Of a DNA stretch of 58,921 nt, positions 37,523 to 50,700 are shown in pieces. A model generated the notes under the pieces. That model saw nothing but the letters and a program-made list of their open reading frames with translations. It searched no databases and was not told the DNA's origin. The DNA lies in NCBI GenBank assembly GCA_000934665.2, contig JYFJ02002333.1, positions 1-58,921 on the forward strand, read 5' to 3'. This DNA comes from Catajapyx aquilonaris. Lineage: Eukaryota. Within the stretch, counting starts at the first letter, position 1, and each line of letters starts with the position of its first letter. The translations under genes were made by a program, and so were the position numbers.

Positions 37523-37739
37523 AAACCCTGTATCTTGGCTTTTTGTCATTTCGAGATATTCGCGTTTGAAGTTTTTTGTTTCCATTATCGTATATGGAAG
37601 TGTATGATTTCAATTGGCCATAACTTTGCAATGGTTGCTTCTACAGTTGCGGGCTTTGTACCAAAAAGGTGTGGCTTGCAAAGAGGAGTGGAATGGCGTA
37701 TTTCTCTCCAATTATGTTATTTTCGAAGATACAGGGTTT
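37523..37739. repeat. Inverted-repeat-bounded segment (probable DNA-transposon remnant) just 3' of RRP12
   Basis: aaaccctgtatctt ... aagatacagggttt perfect 14-bp inverted repeat. Confidence 0.5.
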
Positions 37740-38899
37740 CAACATGTGCTGTCACACCTGCATCATGACAAGCTGCTAGTTTCACTACCCCACACAGATG
37801 TTTCCTGCTCTTGAGTGCATAAAGAGAAGTTGAAAAAAAAAATTTGTTTGACTCACTCTGTAAACATGAAACAGAGCTGTACTGATAAAATACTAATAAA
37901 ACAGTAACATCATGAGGTAACAGAAGCTGTACTTTCCTGTTGCTCCCATCCTTTCCCCTAATTATTTTGGGTATCCTTGGAGGTTGTAACAAGGAGCAGC
38001 CCTCATACATTCATCCATTGATTGAAATGCCATATCCATCTGATTTGGTTACATGTTAGGAAGGGAGGACATCATTGAGAATGTCACTAATGCATAATTC
38101 CCTGATCATAGCCTTTCTTCCACCCATGGTCGGACTTCGGACTTACCACTCTTCATAGTGCTATTACGCAAAGCCTCAGTAACAGTGTCAATATTGCTCC
38201 TAGGTGTGACCTGACATTGCAAGCACCCAAAAGGAACTTATAATGTAAGACAAGTCAATTTTTTGCTTATGTGAAAAACTGTCTGCTGAAGCACCATATG
38301 CAAGACCATACGTCATCTAGCTGCAATATAGACAAGGGCTGAACTGTATATTAGGCAGTTTGGTCGCACTAGGCAAGTGGGTTTACAAGAGATGACATGT
38401 CACCCCCTGTAATACACTTGCTGATCTGGACCTTTGAACAGTCCCCAACCATGATAAAGAAATCCCCAAATTACATTCCACCCACATAAAGTAATTTTCA
38501 GACTTGGAAATAAATCTGCAAGTCAAATCATCCAAGCAGAGCCTGAAGATTATGGTCCCTTGGTGGCCTGCGAAAAGGGCATCCTGGCAGTAGCATCAAA
38601 ATGAAATTGACCTCCACACCCTCCCCGCCCTCAACCTCTTTTTTTGTGTGTAACCCTTCATGCTCTTTCTTGCGGGGTCTCTTCCCTCCCTTCATCCCCA
38701 TCAGGAGGGCGCCCCGTCCATCAGTGGCATATGTATGCAAAACAGGTTTCAGGAGGGGAGACCCGAGCAAGCCAGGAGCCGTAGATGGCATGTGGGGGGG
38801 ATACGATCCAGCACCGATTCCCCCTCCATCCCAGGTAGAGCAAAGGTGGAAGCCTCCTGAAGAAAGAAAGAAAGAGTAGTGGTGTCATATTTCGAGCAG

Positions 38900-39283
38900 T
38901 GCAGCGTTTTGTTGTGCTGGGTTGCTGCTTATTTCTTGCTCCTCCTCCCCACCACCCACTATCCCCCACCCTGTTCCCCTGCCCATCTCAACCCCACCCG
39001 TCCCCTCCCGATCAGATCTGTCGAGGGGGGAGCTGGGAGAGGGAATTGAAGGGAGAGAGCCCGTCGTCTGAGCAGCCCCCAGCCTCCTTGCAAGAAGTGC
39101 ATTGCCCAGACTGTGGGGGTGAGAGGGGGAGACAGGCAGAAGGAGGAGCTGTGGGTGGGTGGGTGGAGGAGGGTGCCCACAGCAGCAAGAAAGAAACAAG
39201 GGAGTGAGTGAGTGTGTGTGTAGCAGCGGGGATCCTGTCCGCCCGCTAGACCGTCCTTCCTCCGCTGGCTCACAGGCTGCCAG
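38900..39283 (+). promoter_or_regulatory. Likely promoter / non-coding first exon of the Ro60 gene
   Basis: GC-rich island ending in donor cag|gtacgg (GT at 39284); matching acceptor at 43170-43171 upstream of the Ro60 ATG. Inferred; no transcript data. Confidence 0.45.
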
Positions 39284-40716
39284 GTACGGACACCGTGTGT
39301 ATGCCGCACTGGCTGGGAATATTACCCGGAGCCAAACCACCCACAGACTTCTTTTCCCCCTGCCACCACCATTTTTCTTTGGGAGGAGTTGGGTGGATTG
39401 TAGGCTGCAACTTGGTTGATGATGGGTGGGTATCAGGCTGTGTGGTACACGTCCCAAGTACAGCAGGGTTATGTAAACAGGGAGTGCCACAACGTCTGGT
39501 CTGCACATACTGCATAATTGCATCAGTTTGAATACTGATTTGCAGTGGGGACGTGGATGTTGGTGATAGTGTGTTGCAGGTTTACGTTGTCTGTGAGAAA
39601 GAGAAAGCACAAGGTAGGATTGATGGATCCTAGTTTTTGCAAAGATTCTCAAGTGAGTTCATATTAATTTACCCACAGAATGGACTGCCAGCACAATGCT
39701 ATCGCAGACACATGTCAGAAACATCTGGATGTATGAAAATGTTCACTATAATATTATCACATGTCACAGTAGAGTTTTATGCACACATCAGTGGTGTGGG
39801 AAGAGAAAAGGCAGGGTTTGGTACAGTGTTGGACATTATTCAAGGCATGCTGCTAGCAACATTTTCCGAAGCGGCAGGAGAAGGAATCTTGCTTGCCCGG
39901 CTTGCACTATCCTTCTTCGATTCCTTCTTCTGCTGCTTCAGAAAATGTTGCTAGCAGCATGCCTCAATTAATGTTCAACACTGTACATCATTGACTGTTT
40001 AGGCGTGTCATGCTTTTAATTATTTTGTAATTGATATGGTCTCTTATGTTGCTGGCTGCTCCTTTTTAGGGAAGACTTGTGATGCACTTATTAATTGAAT
40101 TGATAGGATAGTATTGGATACAAGCTCAGTTGTATGAACAGGTCACTCCGTCGATCCCATCTGTTTCTGCTTTCATGCCTGCCTGCTGCCTAGATCCCTG
40201 ACACCCAGGTTAGGGTCAGCTCAGACTCTAAATTAGATTATTTAAATGGCACCATGTTATTTCCAGGCATCGCTTAATATGCTGATTTGCCATTTCTGTG
40301 CTAGTAGTGAACCCGTTGCCAAATTTTGGCAACACTGGCTGTCTCCCCCACTTGGACATAGTATAATAGGCTACTACCAGTTGATGCTTAGACACTCCCT
40401 CTGCACACTAATGGTGCTCTGGCGCTCTCGGGGAAAGTAGTACTACGTGCATGTTGGTGAAGAGTCACCATGTGGGCATCACCCACCAGGGCAGTCTTGC
40501 CTTTGTTGAAGTATGTCCCAACTTGGGGCACACTTGGTTGGGACTCCCAACCTCTCTGTCTGCTATAGAGAGTGAACCTGTCATTATTGAACGGGAAAGT
40601 GATAACCATAAGACCGTGGTGATAACTCTGGTAACTACATTCACCTCGGAGCTAGGACCTAGGTGATGAGTCAATGCATTTAGGGACAGAGTCATGTCTA
40701 GCAAATTCACAATATG

Positions 40717-40801
40717 ATGAGGAGGATCATTCTGCTGGGTGAATTATTATCATCCATGAAGAGAATTAATCTGCCAGGTGAATTAATTATTATTAATGCA
40801 G

Positions 40802-40836
<35 letters not shown>

Positions 40837-41176
40837 GATACCCCATGATAGGCCTTCGTGGGCCTCTTAGGGGATCATCTTTTAAATACCTGACTTTAAT
40901 CATTGCCTGCGCTGTGATGGATTTTGATAATGGGAGAACCCCGAGAAAACCCACCCGAACATGGAGAGAACCCATCGAAACTATATCCACATAAGTATTC
41001 TCCATCCGACCCGGGGATCAAACTCGGGACCTCAGGGGTGGAAGGCTGCGGCGCTAAACACTTGGCCACCGTGTCGCCCTTGAATTATTATTATAGCCAT
41101 GAGGAAGATTAATCTGCTAGGTTAATTATTATTATCGATGAGGAGGATTAATCCGCTAGGTGAATTATTAGCCATG
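40717..41176. repeat. Degenerate ~39-bp minisatellite interrupted by a SINE
   Basis: Units like atgaggaggattaatctgctaggtgaattattat on both sides of the SINE. Confidence 0.75.
40802..41079 (-). mobile_element. Second, more diverged copy of the tRNA-derived SINE
   Basis: Collinear with 12665-12996; shorter (aat)n tail; B box mutated (gagtttgatccc). Confidence 0.9.
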
Positions 41177-43249
41177 AGTAGTGTTGTAAAAAAAGCTGGA
41201 AATTTTGAAGGCCGAGAAAAAACCCTAACCTCTCTTTTGGAAAAAATTTGTTTTTCTCCTAACATATGTACTTTTTTTGCAATCTTTTGGGCTTTTTATC
41301 ACAGTATCAAGTTCTTATTTTATCCCACTGTTCAGAAAAGTCAAATTACTAGTATTAATACCAGAAATAAATTGAAGAAAACGAACCACACTACATCGGA
41401 TTCTGGCTCTTTTGTGGAGGATACCTGGAAGGACTCCAGGAACAAATCACTGCATCAACTGTGTTTTGGGTGGGAATATTTTGTCAATAACTAGGCCAAA
41501 AAGAGTCAATATTGCCGAGATTTGGTATTATCTTTTGTGATACTTTTGTTCATTTCACTGGCTAAAACCAATAACCAATACAGTATTATAAAGGCATTCA
41601 CAATAATGCACCATAAGTGTTTTATGAAAACCACCTGCACTTGGTTGATGCTATGTCACATATTTAAAAAATTTATTGATATTTCATCTTTTTTGCTCTG
41701 CCAAATCATAAATTGTGACTTGAACTTTACCAAAGACCAATAGGCTATTTCTACTGGTTTGCTTGCTACTTGGTTTCCTTTTATTAACATTGTCAAAATT
41801 TAGTCGTCCAAAACATGATGTCCATCCAGTTAATTGGCATTTGCTTTAGATGAAAATGCTGATAAAGGCGGCAAAATGCATGATAATAAATTACAACTGG
41901 CAAATAACCCAACAGTGTGTTTGGAAATTGATTGATATAATTACACATATTCAAGGTATAAATATCAGAAAAATTCTTGCTTGGGATACTTATACTTGCC
42001 CTAACGCTAACCCAGAATCATTTGGCCACCTTGAAATCGTGGCTGCTCAATTTGCAAAGAGGGGTCCCACACTCATAAAAAGACAGGGTGCTGGAAAGGT
42101 GCCCATAGAAAAAGGGGTGGGTCTTGGCCCACGATTACACTAAATATGAAATCTCTAGGATAATTACCGTATTTAATACAAGGTATTTCAAGTGCATCCA
42201 AAGGTGCAGAACAATTCAGCCATAGTGCTTGCTGCGCCAAAATAAATCGGCAAGGTGATGTGACCCCACTGTAGTAGGGAAAATTATAAGGCATATTGTG
42301 AAGTTTGGGATTGTCATCATGTACGTACCATATGGACATCTCAGGGTACGTGGAATGTCACATGGGGATGAAATCTGAAAGGTTCGCGAAGTTGACAAAT
42401 CCACAGCCACCATGGCAAGACAACTTTGGACCACTGTGACGGGCAAACGACAGTTCGTATCAACGTGTCGACAGTGGCTACATATACAGGGATATGACTT
42501 CTGTCAGGCAAATAAGGGTGGACGTTGAAAAAATTTCCAACAAAGTACAGGTCCATAACAAGTACTCTGTTATTGGAGGGAAAGACGTCCTATTGACGGC
42601 TGTTCAAACTAGGAAAAAACTAGCATAAGCGAAGGAAAGAAGGAAATGGAGGAAAGCAATCAGGTCGAAGGTCATTTTTAGTCAACGCTTTTAGTCATTA
42701 GTCCATGATACTAAATTTTAGATCATGCATACTGCAAGTGATGCACCTACTTCCCAAATTGATCCTGCATAGCAAGCTGTACAGGCAGTGAACATGTCCA
42801 TTCAAGGTCTCATACTATAATTTTGAAGCTAAAGATGCCAAACTTAGCATCATCAAGCATTATGATAAGGAGGCAGTGGCAGAAGGGTCGAAGGGCAATC
42901 TGCAGGTTGGTTGGGTATTAATAAAAGATTGATCTTATTTTGGACCTACTTCACATGCTTTTTGAAAGTTAATTTTTCTTTAATATAATGCTGTGTTGCC
43001 AAAGAAAAAGAGAAGGAGAAGGGATAGTTCATGCAGGGCGAGAGGGACAGCTATAGAAATGTGGGAATTCATGGAGCAGGACCTAAAACTTAGTTATGCC
43101 TATAACATTATTTTGTCTCACCTGTGTTGTGTAATTAACAAGGCACAGCTGACCCAATACAAAATTTACAGGTGACCACCTTCCTAGCAACCATCTGATC
43201 AGTGGGTGCTTGTGAGGGAAGGATTTGGGCTCTTGGTAGAGTGAGTCGG

Positions 43250-46200
43250 ATGGGAGGGGCAAATGAGATGGAAGGAGTATCGAATGCAGATTGCACAACC
43301 CCTCCCTTGGACGGGGCCATACGCCTCCGTCGCTTTCTGAACCTTGGTCAAGAGTGCCCCATCTACCAGCCCGAAGATCGAGTCAAGGGTCCAGGCTTCG
43401 TGAAAGGAAGCCTGACTGCGATTGAACAGTTGATTGCAGACGACAGGGCTTCAGAGGTCGTCGAGTGCATACACAGTGTTCAAAGGTTAGTATGTTCCTC
43501 CCAACCAATAGTGATGAATAGTTACAAATTGCTGGAGAAGAACTGTAGCTTCTGAGGCAGGCAGCAAGAAGGAAAAAAAAGTATCAACTCTTCAAAATTG
43601 AAGGCAACCTGAAAAATATTGTGTTCCAACTGATGTGTCTGAAGAGAGCAATATTTTTCCACTCAGCTGCTTATTACCAAGCTATTGCTTTTTAACAGTT
43701 TTAAAGGTTGTAAACATATCAGCTACTAATATTTAGATTGCTTGTAAGAATCTCTTCAGGCCATGTATTACAATTAATTTCTCAGCATCATGACCATTAA
43801 GACCTCCCCTCTTCCATGGCAAGAGTACAGCCAGTCGTAAATGAATCTGGAATTCTCAGATTGTTTTCAAATTCTCTCAGCTATGCAGGGGCCACTATTT
43901 TCGGACTATTGTGTTATGAATGATGCCTTATGTTTCCATGCTAAGCTTTGCCTTTTTATTGGTCTGGGGATCAAAATGAAATGATATGATTACTATTTGT
44001 ATCTCTTTAGAGATGGATTCAACTTGCGACCAGATGCAGTGATTTTTGCTCTGGCTCTCTCAAGCAAGCAGAATAATCCAGTAGTAAAAAGTGCAGCTTA
44101 TGAAGCTGTTAGAACCATCCTGAAGAGACCACAGGATCTCTTCCTCTTCATTAGGTATGCTGAGAGTATCTCAAGCCCACAAAAAGGTCAGTGTCCAAAT
44201 TGTTGAGTTACACAACTAGCAATGGATGTACTTCATTTCGATCCTTCTTCATGTTGCTGTGTGGTAAAGGTTGGGGAAGAGGCCTAAGAGGAGCAGTGGA
44301 ATCATGGTATTTCAGCCCGGAGCCTGTGGAAATGGCCAAAAGGGTGAGCAGTGTGAGAAGTCATTACAAATGGAGCCACAGGGATCTTCTGAAACTGGCT
44401 CATCCAAAACCCAAAGATCCAGGTAAGGTTAAATGGATTCTTCCATGATATCAGTATATTCATATGTACTTCACTGGTAGCCCGATCATGCGTCCTGAAG
44501 TATGTGATGAAGGGTCTGGAGGCAGCACAAAAGGAATTTGGGGAGGTAACAGAGGCATTACCAGTCCTGGCCTACCTGCAAGCAGTGGAGGATGTGAAGC
44601 ATGGTCAGGATGAGCAGCAGGTGGCTCGGATGCTTGAAACTCACTCTCTGGGGATGGAGGTTGTGCCTACCCACCTGCTCAAGTCCAAAGAGGTTAATGC
44701 TTTATTGAATTATCCAGTCATTTGGAGCTAGCAGCTTAGTTCAGAATTCATGCAAACTTGACAATTAAGTCCTTCTGCTTTAGTAGGCACATGCACGTGA
44801 ATATGTTTCTATATGAGTCTGTATATATATTGTCTGTATGAGCTGGTGATGTACAATATTTTAGTTTAATTTTTTGAGTGAAATGGACAGTGACCCAGAG
44901 CTAGTGTCTATTTGATGATCTAATATATTGAATAAGTCTGCAGCATTCAAAGGTGATTTCACATTACATTTGTTCTACTTCTGCTGAACTTGCAGCAAGT
45001 CACATGCCACATGAATGGAAGCTTCCATTGTTTGGGAGGAGTGGAATATCAACTTAATTATCCCTTCTTATTTTTAAGAGTGAAAATTTCCTTTGCCTAC
45101 TTCACAGGTATGGACAGCTTTATTGGGCCGCCTCCCGCTGACAACCCTACTGCACAACATACGTCGCTTGGCTTGCCTGGGATTCCTGAAAGCAGGCTCT
45201 CCACTCCTGCCTCGTCTCATGGAGATTCTCAGGAATCCCACTGCCATTGCACAATCAGAATTACATCCTGTACAGGTCTACATTGCTATGCAGGAATATG
45301 AGCAGATGGGAAAGTACGTGTCAAAAAACTTTGCTTAGTACTTGCATACTAATGACATAATTTCAATTTTAGGCCTCCACCAAAAGTAGTAACCAAGACA
45401 AATGCAGCAGCACCTGCACCACCAAAAGCACCAGTGAGAAAGAAAATGAAATATCCACCGAAGCCCAACCCGAAAGTAGTGGAAGTGCTCCAACAGCTAT
45501 TTGTTGCAACCCTCAAAGTATGTCCTCTAGTTATAAACCTTGGAAGAGACATTTATGTCAAGATAGATGTTTATAATTTTATACAGATAGTATTTGCATG
45601 TCTCTCTATCTGCCATTTGCCAATCTGACCATTGTAATTCCTCCTAAAGAGTATACAAAATGGAAGAGAAGGTAGTACCCCTCACATCACCCAATGCCCA
45701 TGCTGATGTATTTCTCAGTTGAATTTGCATGAGGCCACTAGTAAGGGGCATAATATATTGTTACGACTATTTATATTGTAAGGAAAAGGAATGTTGTTCG
45801 CAATTCAAAGTTAGCTGAATAAGATGCTCATTCACAACTAAGATGTTATTTGATGTACTCTTGCATGTTAAAACTGATTAACATGTTTTTGCAGCAGCAG
45901 CAGAAAAGTACTGGTCTTCGCTACCTGGTGGCTGTGGATGTGCGAAATCCTATGGTTCATGGGAAGTGCTACCGTTGTGCTGGAGTAAGCCCTGCCCAAG
46001 CTGCCACTCTCATTGCCCTCACCCTTCTTTCTGCTGAGAAGGACACTACAGTGGTTGCCTTTAGCCAACCAGACATGATTGTTGTCAACTTGCCCACTGA
46101 TGTTACAATGCAGGAAGCTGCCAAAAAATTTAGAGAGGTGGGTTACTATCATTTTTTAATATTTTCCTTTCTTTAAAAAATCAATACATTGCTCTTTACC

Positions 46201-47722
46201 AATTTTTAGACCCCTATGGGAGCTTGTGATGCATCCAGGCCAGTCCTATGGGCCCAATCCAACCAGAAAGCCTTTGATGTGTTCGTCCTGCTGACTGATA
46301 ATCAGGTTAAGGTTGCGAATGTTCCTGTGGCAAGTGCGCTTCAGCAATATCGCCAAACTATGCAGCTGCCTCATGCCAAGTAAGTGTAGTGTATTCATGT
46401 TTATACTTGTATACACATATAACAGTTGAGTGCTTGAGAGATGTTAAAGGCAATGGATTTCTTAGAGTGAACTGCTGGGCCCATGGCCCCGCCCCCGAAC
46501 AAACTTCTCTCCTCCCTCCTCCCTCCTCCCCAACTTCTCCCCCCCACCACTTTGGCACCATAACAACATGTATCCCTCCGCCAGAGCCGGACACATTATT
46601 CCGATGGTGCTTATGCGCGCCGAAAAGAAGTGACAAGAAGAGATTCGAACACCGTTGCCTTGGATTCGAACAATGCTGCGAAATTATGCGGGCACGGATC
46701 CCGATGCTCTCTTGTCTCTCGCCTTGAAAGTAGTCCCCATGTGGCAAAGTTGCTGATTTTAATTTTTCGCGTTAGTAACTAATAACGCTATTCTAAATAA
46801 TGCTTTAGTGTTCATAAATTATGTCAGAACCAAATAATTGATATCGGTCGAATTCCTTTTTAAAATACACCGTCAATTACATTTATTATATTTCACCTGG
46901 CAACCTCACTGTGACGCACGGTCATACAGGCGACCCCATTGGTTCGCCCGGGGGGGCGTGTCTGTTCACTCTAAGAAATCCGTTGCCTTTAGCATGAGAA
47001 TCTGGGCCTAGGGGCATTCTTACTTACAATTATATTAGCTTCTACCTCATTATTATCTATGATCTATTGGCACAGTATTATCACATACATTTTTTCTTAC
47101 ATTTCTTATGATATAAGGCATGCAGTAATATTGTGTAAGTGTACATGATGTGATAATTGGTTTAAAAAAAATCTGCTCTTAGGTAGCACTATTCATGTTG
47201 ATTGAAGATGCTAATCTAGAAGGTATGAAAGTTGATAAAATAGCTTTCATTACAGCCTTGCCTTGCATTTCATTATTATCAGTAATGTTGATTAGGGGTG
47301 GGACTATCAGCTATGGGGAAGTTCAAGAGGAGGATGGATTAGAATGATGCAAAATAACGCAATAATCAGCTGCATAATGACAGATGAGGTTTATGCTGCT
47401 CGGGCAGGTTGCTACTACGTAATAACAAAAATATATTTTATATCATAAAATTTGATTACTTTGCAATGTATGAGGTACTGTATTTCATGTTCTTATTGTA
47501 GCATATCTAGTAGACTGATCAGTACAGTGAAAGCTTAGTTTTAAAGCTAGGCTAGAATCTTTGTCACCATATTTTTTCTGCATCTTCAGGTTGGTGGTAT
47601 GTGCCTTGGGGCTCTCCAAATTTTCCCTGGCATCTCCAGATGACCCGGGAATGCTGGATGTGGCTGGATTTGATGAGAAGGTACCACGGGTCATTGAGGC
47701 TTTTGCCCGAGGAACCTTCTAA
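43250..47722 (+). CDS. RO60: Ro60 / TROVE2 RNA-binding protein homolog (TROVE + vWA), ~557 aa
   Basis: Exons 43250-43485, 44011-44186, 44270-44422, 44481-44692, 45108-45313, 45373-45517, 45895-46137, 46210-46379, 47590-47722 (1674 nt in phase). Motifs RLRRFLNLG, GWGRGLR..WY, WSHRDLLKLAHPKP, PTHLLKSKEVW, FDVFVLLTDN, PDDPGMLDVAGFD. Confidence 0.92.
46441..46995. mobile_element. Non-autonomous DNA element with 32-bp inverted repeats in the last Ro60 intron
   Basis: atgttaaaggcaatggatttcttagagtgaac / gttcactctaagaaatccgttgcctttagcat (30/32); CpG-rich interior unlike the host intron. TSD not resolved. Confidence 0.7.
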
Positions 47723-50700
47723 AAAGAGACTACACTTACACAACAGAAAACCAGACCCCTCTTTTCTCTGTCAAGTGGGAAGCAACCAGTACCTCATCCC
47801 TTCCTTTAAGCACCAGGTTCAAAACCAGGTTTGGGAAAAACTATCTTGCATGAGAGAAAAATGAGGGTAGGGGGTAGGGGGTGATAAAAGGAAGGGGTGA
47901 CACAGGATGACATCACAGTTGAATAGCCTTTCCTCATTGTGTTCCTAACCTACAGCAAAAGTGAGACAAGTCAGTTACAAATTTTAAAGCAAAGCAGATA
48001 GTAATAATAAGGAATCAGAGACTTGGGTTTCTATTATATTGTTCTCTTGGTCTCAAAAGTCCAGTCAGCACAACTTTAGAAAGGAAGCATAAAATATGAT
48101 AATGGTGCAGTCTTTTAGAGTGTTCAGTGGACCAGATTTTTTTGTTATTACTGTAGTTTAATCTCACACGTACCACATGCACATAGATGTTTCCGTTCAG
48201 TAGCAGAATTAAATCTGCTAGAACATATATTTTAGTTTTGGATGTTCGTAAATGGATAGAGAGTGTTGTGTATTTATTTATATTGGTGCCAGTTAAGAGA
48301 AGGAAACTGGCTGTGTCTTTTGAAATTATTACCATTCAAAATTGATTCTAATTCGAAGAAAAACCTTGTCCAGAAATATAAATTTCTTCCCTTAAAAAAA
48401 AAATAATAAAAAAAGAGAGTATGAAATGTTTCATGCCATAAGAAGTGAAATGTGAAACATGAATTCCAACATTGTACACACTTGCATTCACAGAGTATTC
48501 ACATCTACCATGAATCATTCTGCACCGATTCAGAATACTTGTTCAGCTACCTTGATGTGTACATGGTGTGAGTGCAGCAGAGGAGATGCTTACATCAGAT
48601 CACTCCTCAGTAGCAATTTTAATATTGATGGTCATAAACGAATAGTAATTGTTAGTGTTAGTACTTCTTTTGACTTATTTTTGTCTTTTTTTCTCTCTTT
48701 AAATCTCATGTATGAGAGGTGGCATGCTCAGTTTCCTGTCATCAAGGATGGTGATTCTTATAGGTCTTGGTGTGAAATATTCGGCATGTGCTACTAAAGC
48801 AAGGCGATCCAAAAATATATATATATATATATAACTATATTAATATTGTTACTCTTCATAATTGAAACTTAGAGATGGCTGGGAAGTGTGTTCGCCATAC
48901 TAAAAATTCAGGGCTGTTTTTGCTTTGTTGGAACGGTGGAAGTAATCTTTCAGTGGAACATAGATGTCGGTGTGACTAATTGTAAGGCTGAACGATTATT
49001 TGCATATTCCACCTATTTAATTTTCTCAGGAGCAAAGGGAGTCAAGCCTCCTGTTGACATAGTAGTGGCCATGTTTCATCTTAGAGTGATTTTTATGTCC
49101 TCTTTTTCAAATTTTCTATAAAATAGGTGTGAAAAATTCTCAACTCAGGAAGACCAAAACTATTTGTTGTACCAATTTTACTGACCCTTCCTGTACATCA
49201 TCGTACATAACTGGAATCAGTGGAAGGATGACATAATCTAAGGATAAAAGTCAAAATGTTAAAAAAAAAATTAACTAGGTGTACACACAAGTGAAAAGGA
49301 AACCAAAATGAAATGAGTCCAATTAAACAAATGCATATTTGTGTGCATGAGAGAGGTCAAACTTTCCTTGAAACGAATGAATGGGGATGTGTGTGAGTTG
49401 GAGTGAGAAGCCGTCAGTTTTCCACGAAATACGATGTTACTATTGAAATAACCTTTATTACCCCCCTTCTCTCTCACCCTTCAGAATTCCCCTGCAGAGT
49501 AATCAGGTAGATTAGGCAATTGTGGTAGTTCCTAAGGACTGTATAAACTTCCTCTCTTGGGTTTTTTAGCACGTAAAATAACAGCAATGAGGATAAAACC
49601 TAATTGCAATTACATGAAACCACCCAAGCAGTCCACATTAATTGTTTTACTGGTGATAGTTACTTATTTATGTTGGAGGAAGCGAAAAAAGCATACAGAT
49701 ATTGACGGGGGGAATTTTTTTCTTCTTAACCTTAGGTCATTTTTTTTAGAAATGTGCAACCCAAATATGGATGAGCTAGGATTGAATTGATATGCTTGGA
49801 GGGATCAAGGGGACAGTTTGAATAGCCGGTTTTTGTAGGATTTTTTCACTTAATATAAACTCCCACCAACTATACCAGTTAATGCATCTGTACACGGTTG
49901 TCTAGACAGGTTACTTGAAAAATAGCGTGGGTTGTACATTTTGTAAGTCACAACTGTACATTTGAGGAGATGCCTTTGATTCCCCATTTGCTCTTAAGAC
50001 CCACATCAAAGCCGAGATAAGACTGTTAATAGGGAAAAGAAAACGAACCATTGTCTTTCATGACCAGTTAGTTAATTTTATTGTTTCCCTTCCCTCCCAC
50101 CTTACCAATAGTGAGATAATGTGACATTTCCTTTTCAATGCATTTTTCTGCTCATCAAATGGGCCAAATCTCATTTTTCATAGGAATATATTTGTTGACT
50201 ATTTTAGTTGCATTTAATCATTTTTACACACATATATTCAGCTGTAGGTTGGCTGGAGCTTTTTTTTGTAGCAATTGGGTTGGGAGTTAATTTCTGTTTT
50301 TTAGCAATTTTTTATTGGTATATTTGGGTGGGGGGGTTAGGGTTTTTGTGTGTCTCGTTAGAACCAGCGTAGGTCTCAATAATCAAGCTCATGAGTGCTT
50401 CTTTGTTACACCCACCATCAGCCTTCTTGAAACAATAGCTAACCTAAAAGAGGAATAACCATTAAACAGCAATGTTAAAAAAAGTATAATGTACACAATA
50501 TATTTTTTACACCTGGTTTACTGGCCCATCCTGTATGTACTAATAACATGACTTAATTTGCCAGAACTGAAGGGAAAAACACATGCATAGCCTGCCATTT
50601 ATTTATATACATACATATATATACAAATAGAGATATATTTAGTGATTTTTTTTGCATAAAGTAAATCTTTGCTGTATGTTGTGGCCAATTTATGGATATG

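Noticed and set aside
38528..39652. 255-aa and overlapping ORFs
   Set aside because: Low-complexity products of a GC-rich promoter-like island, open in several frames.
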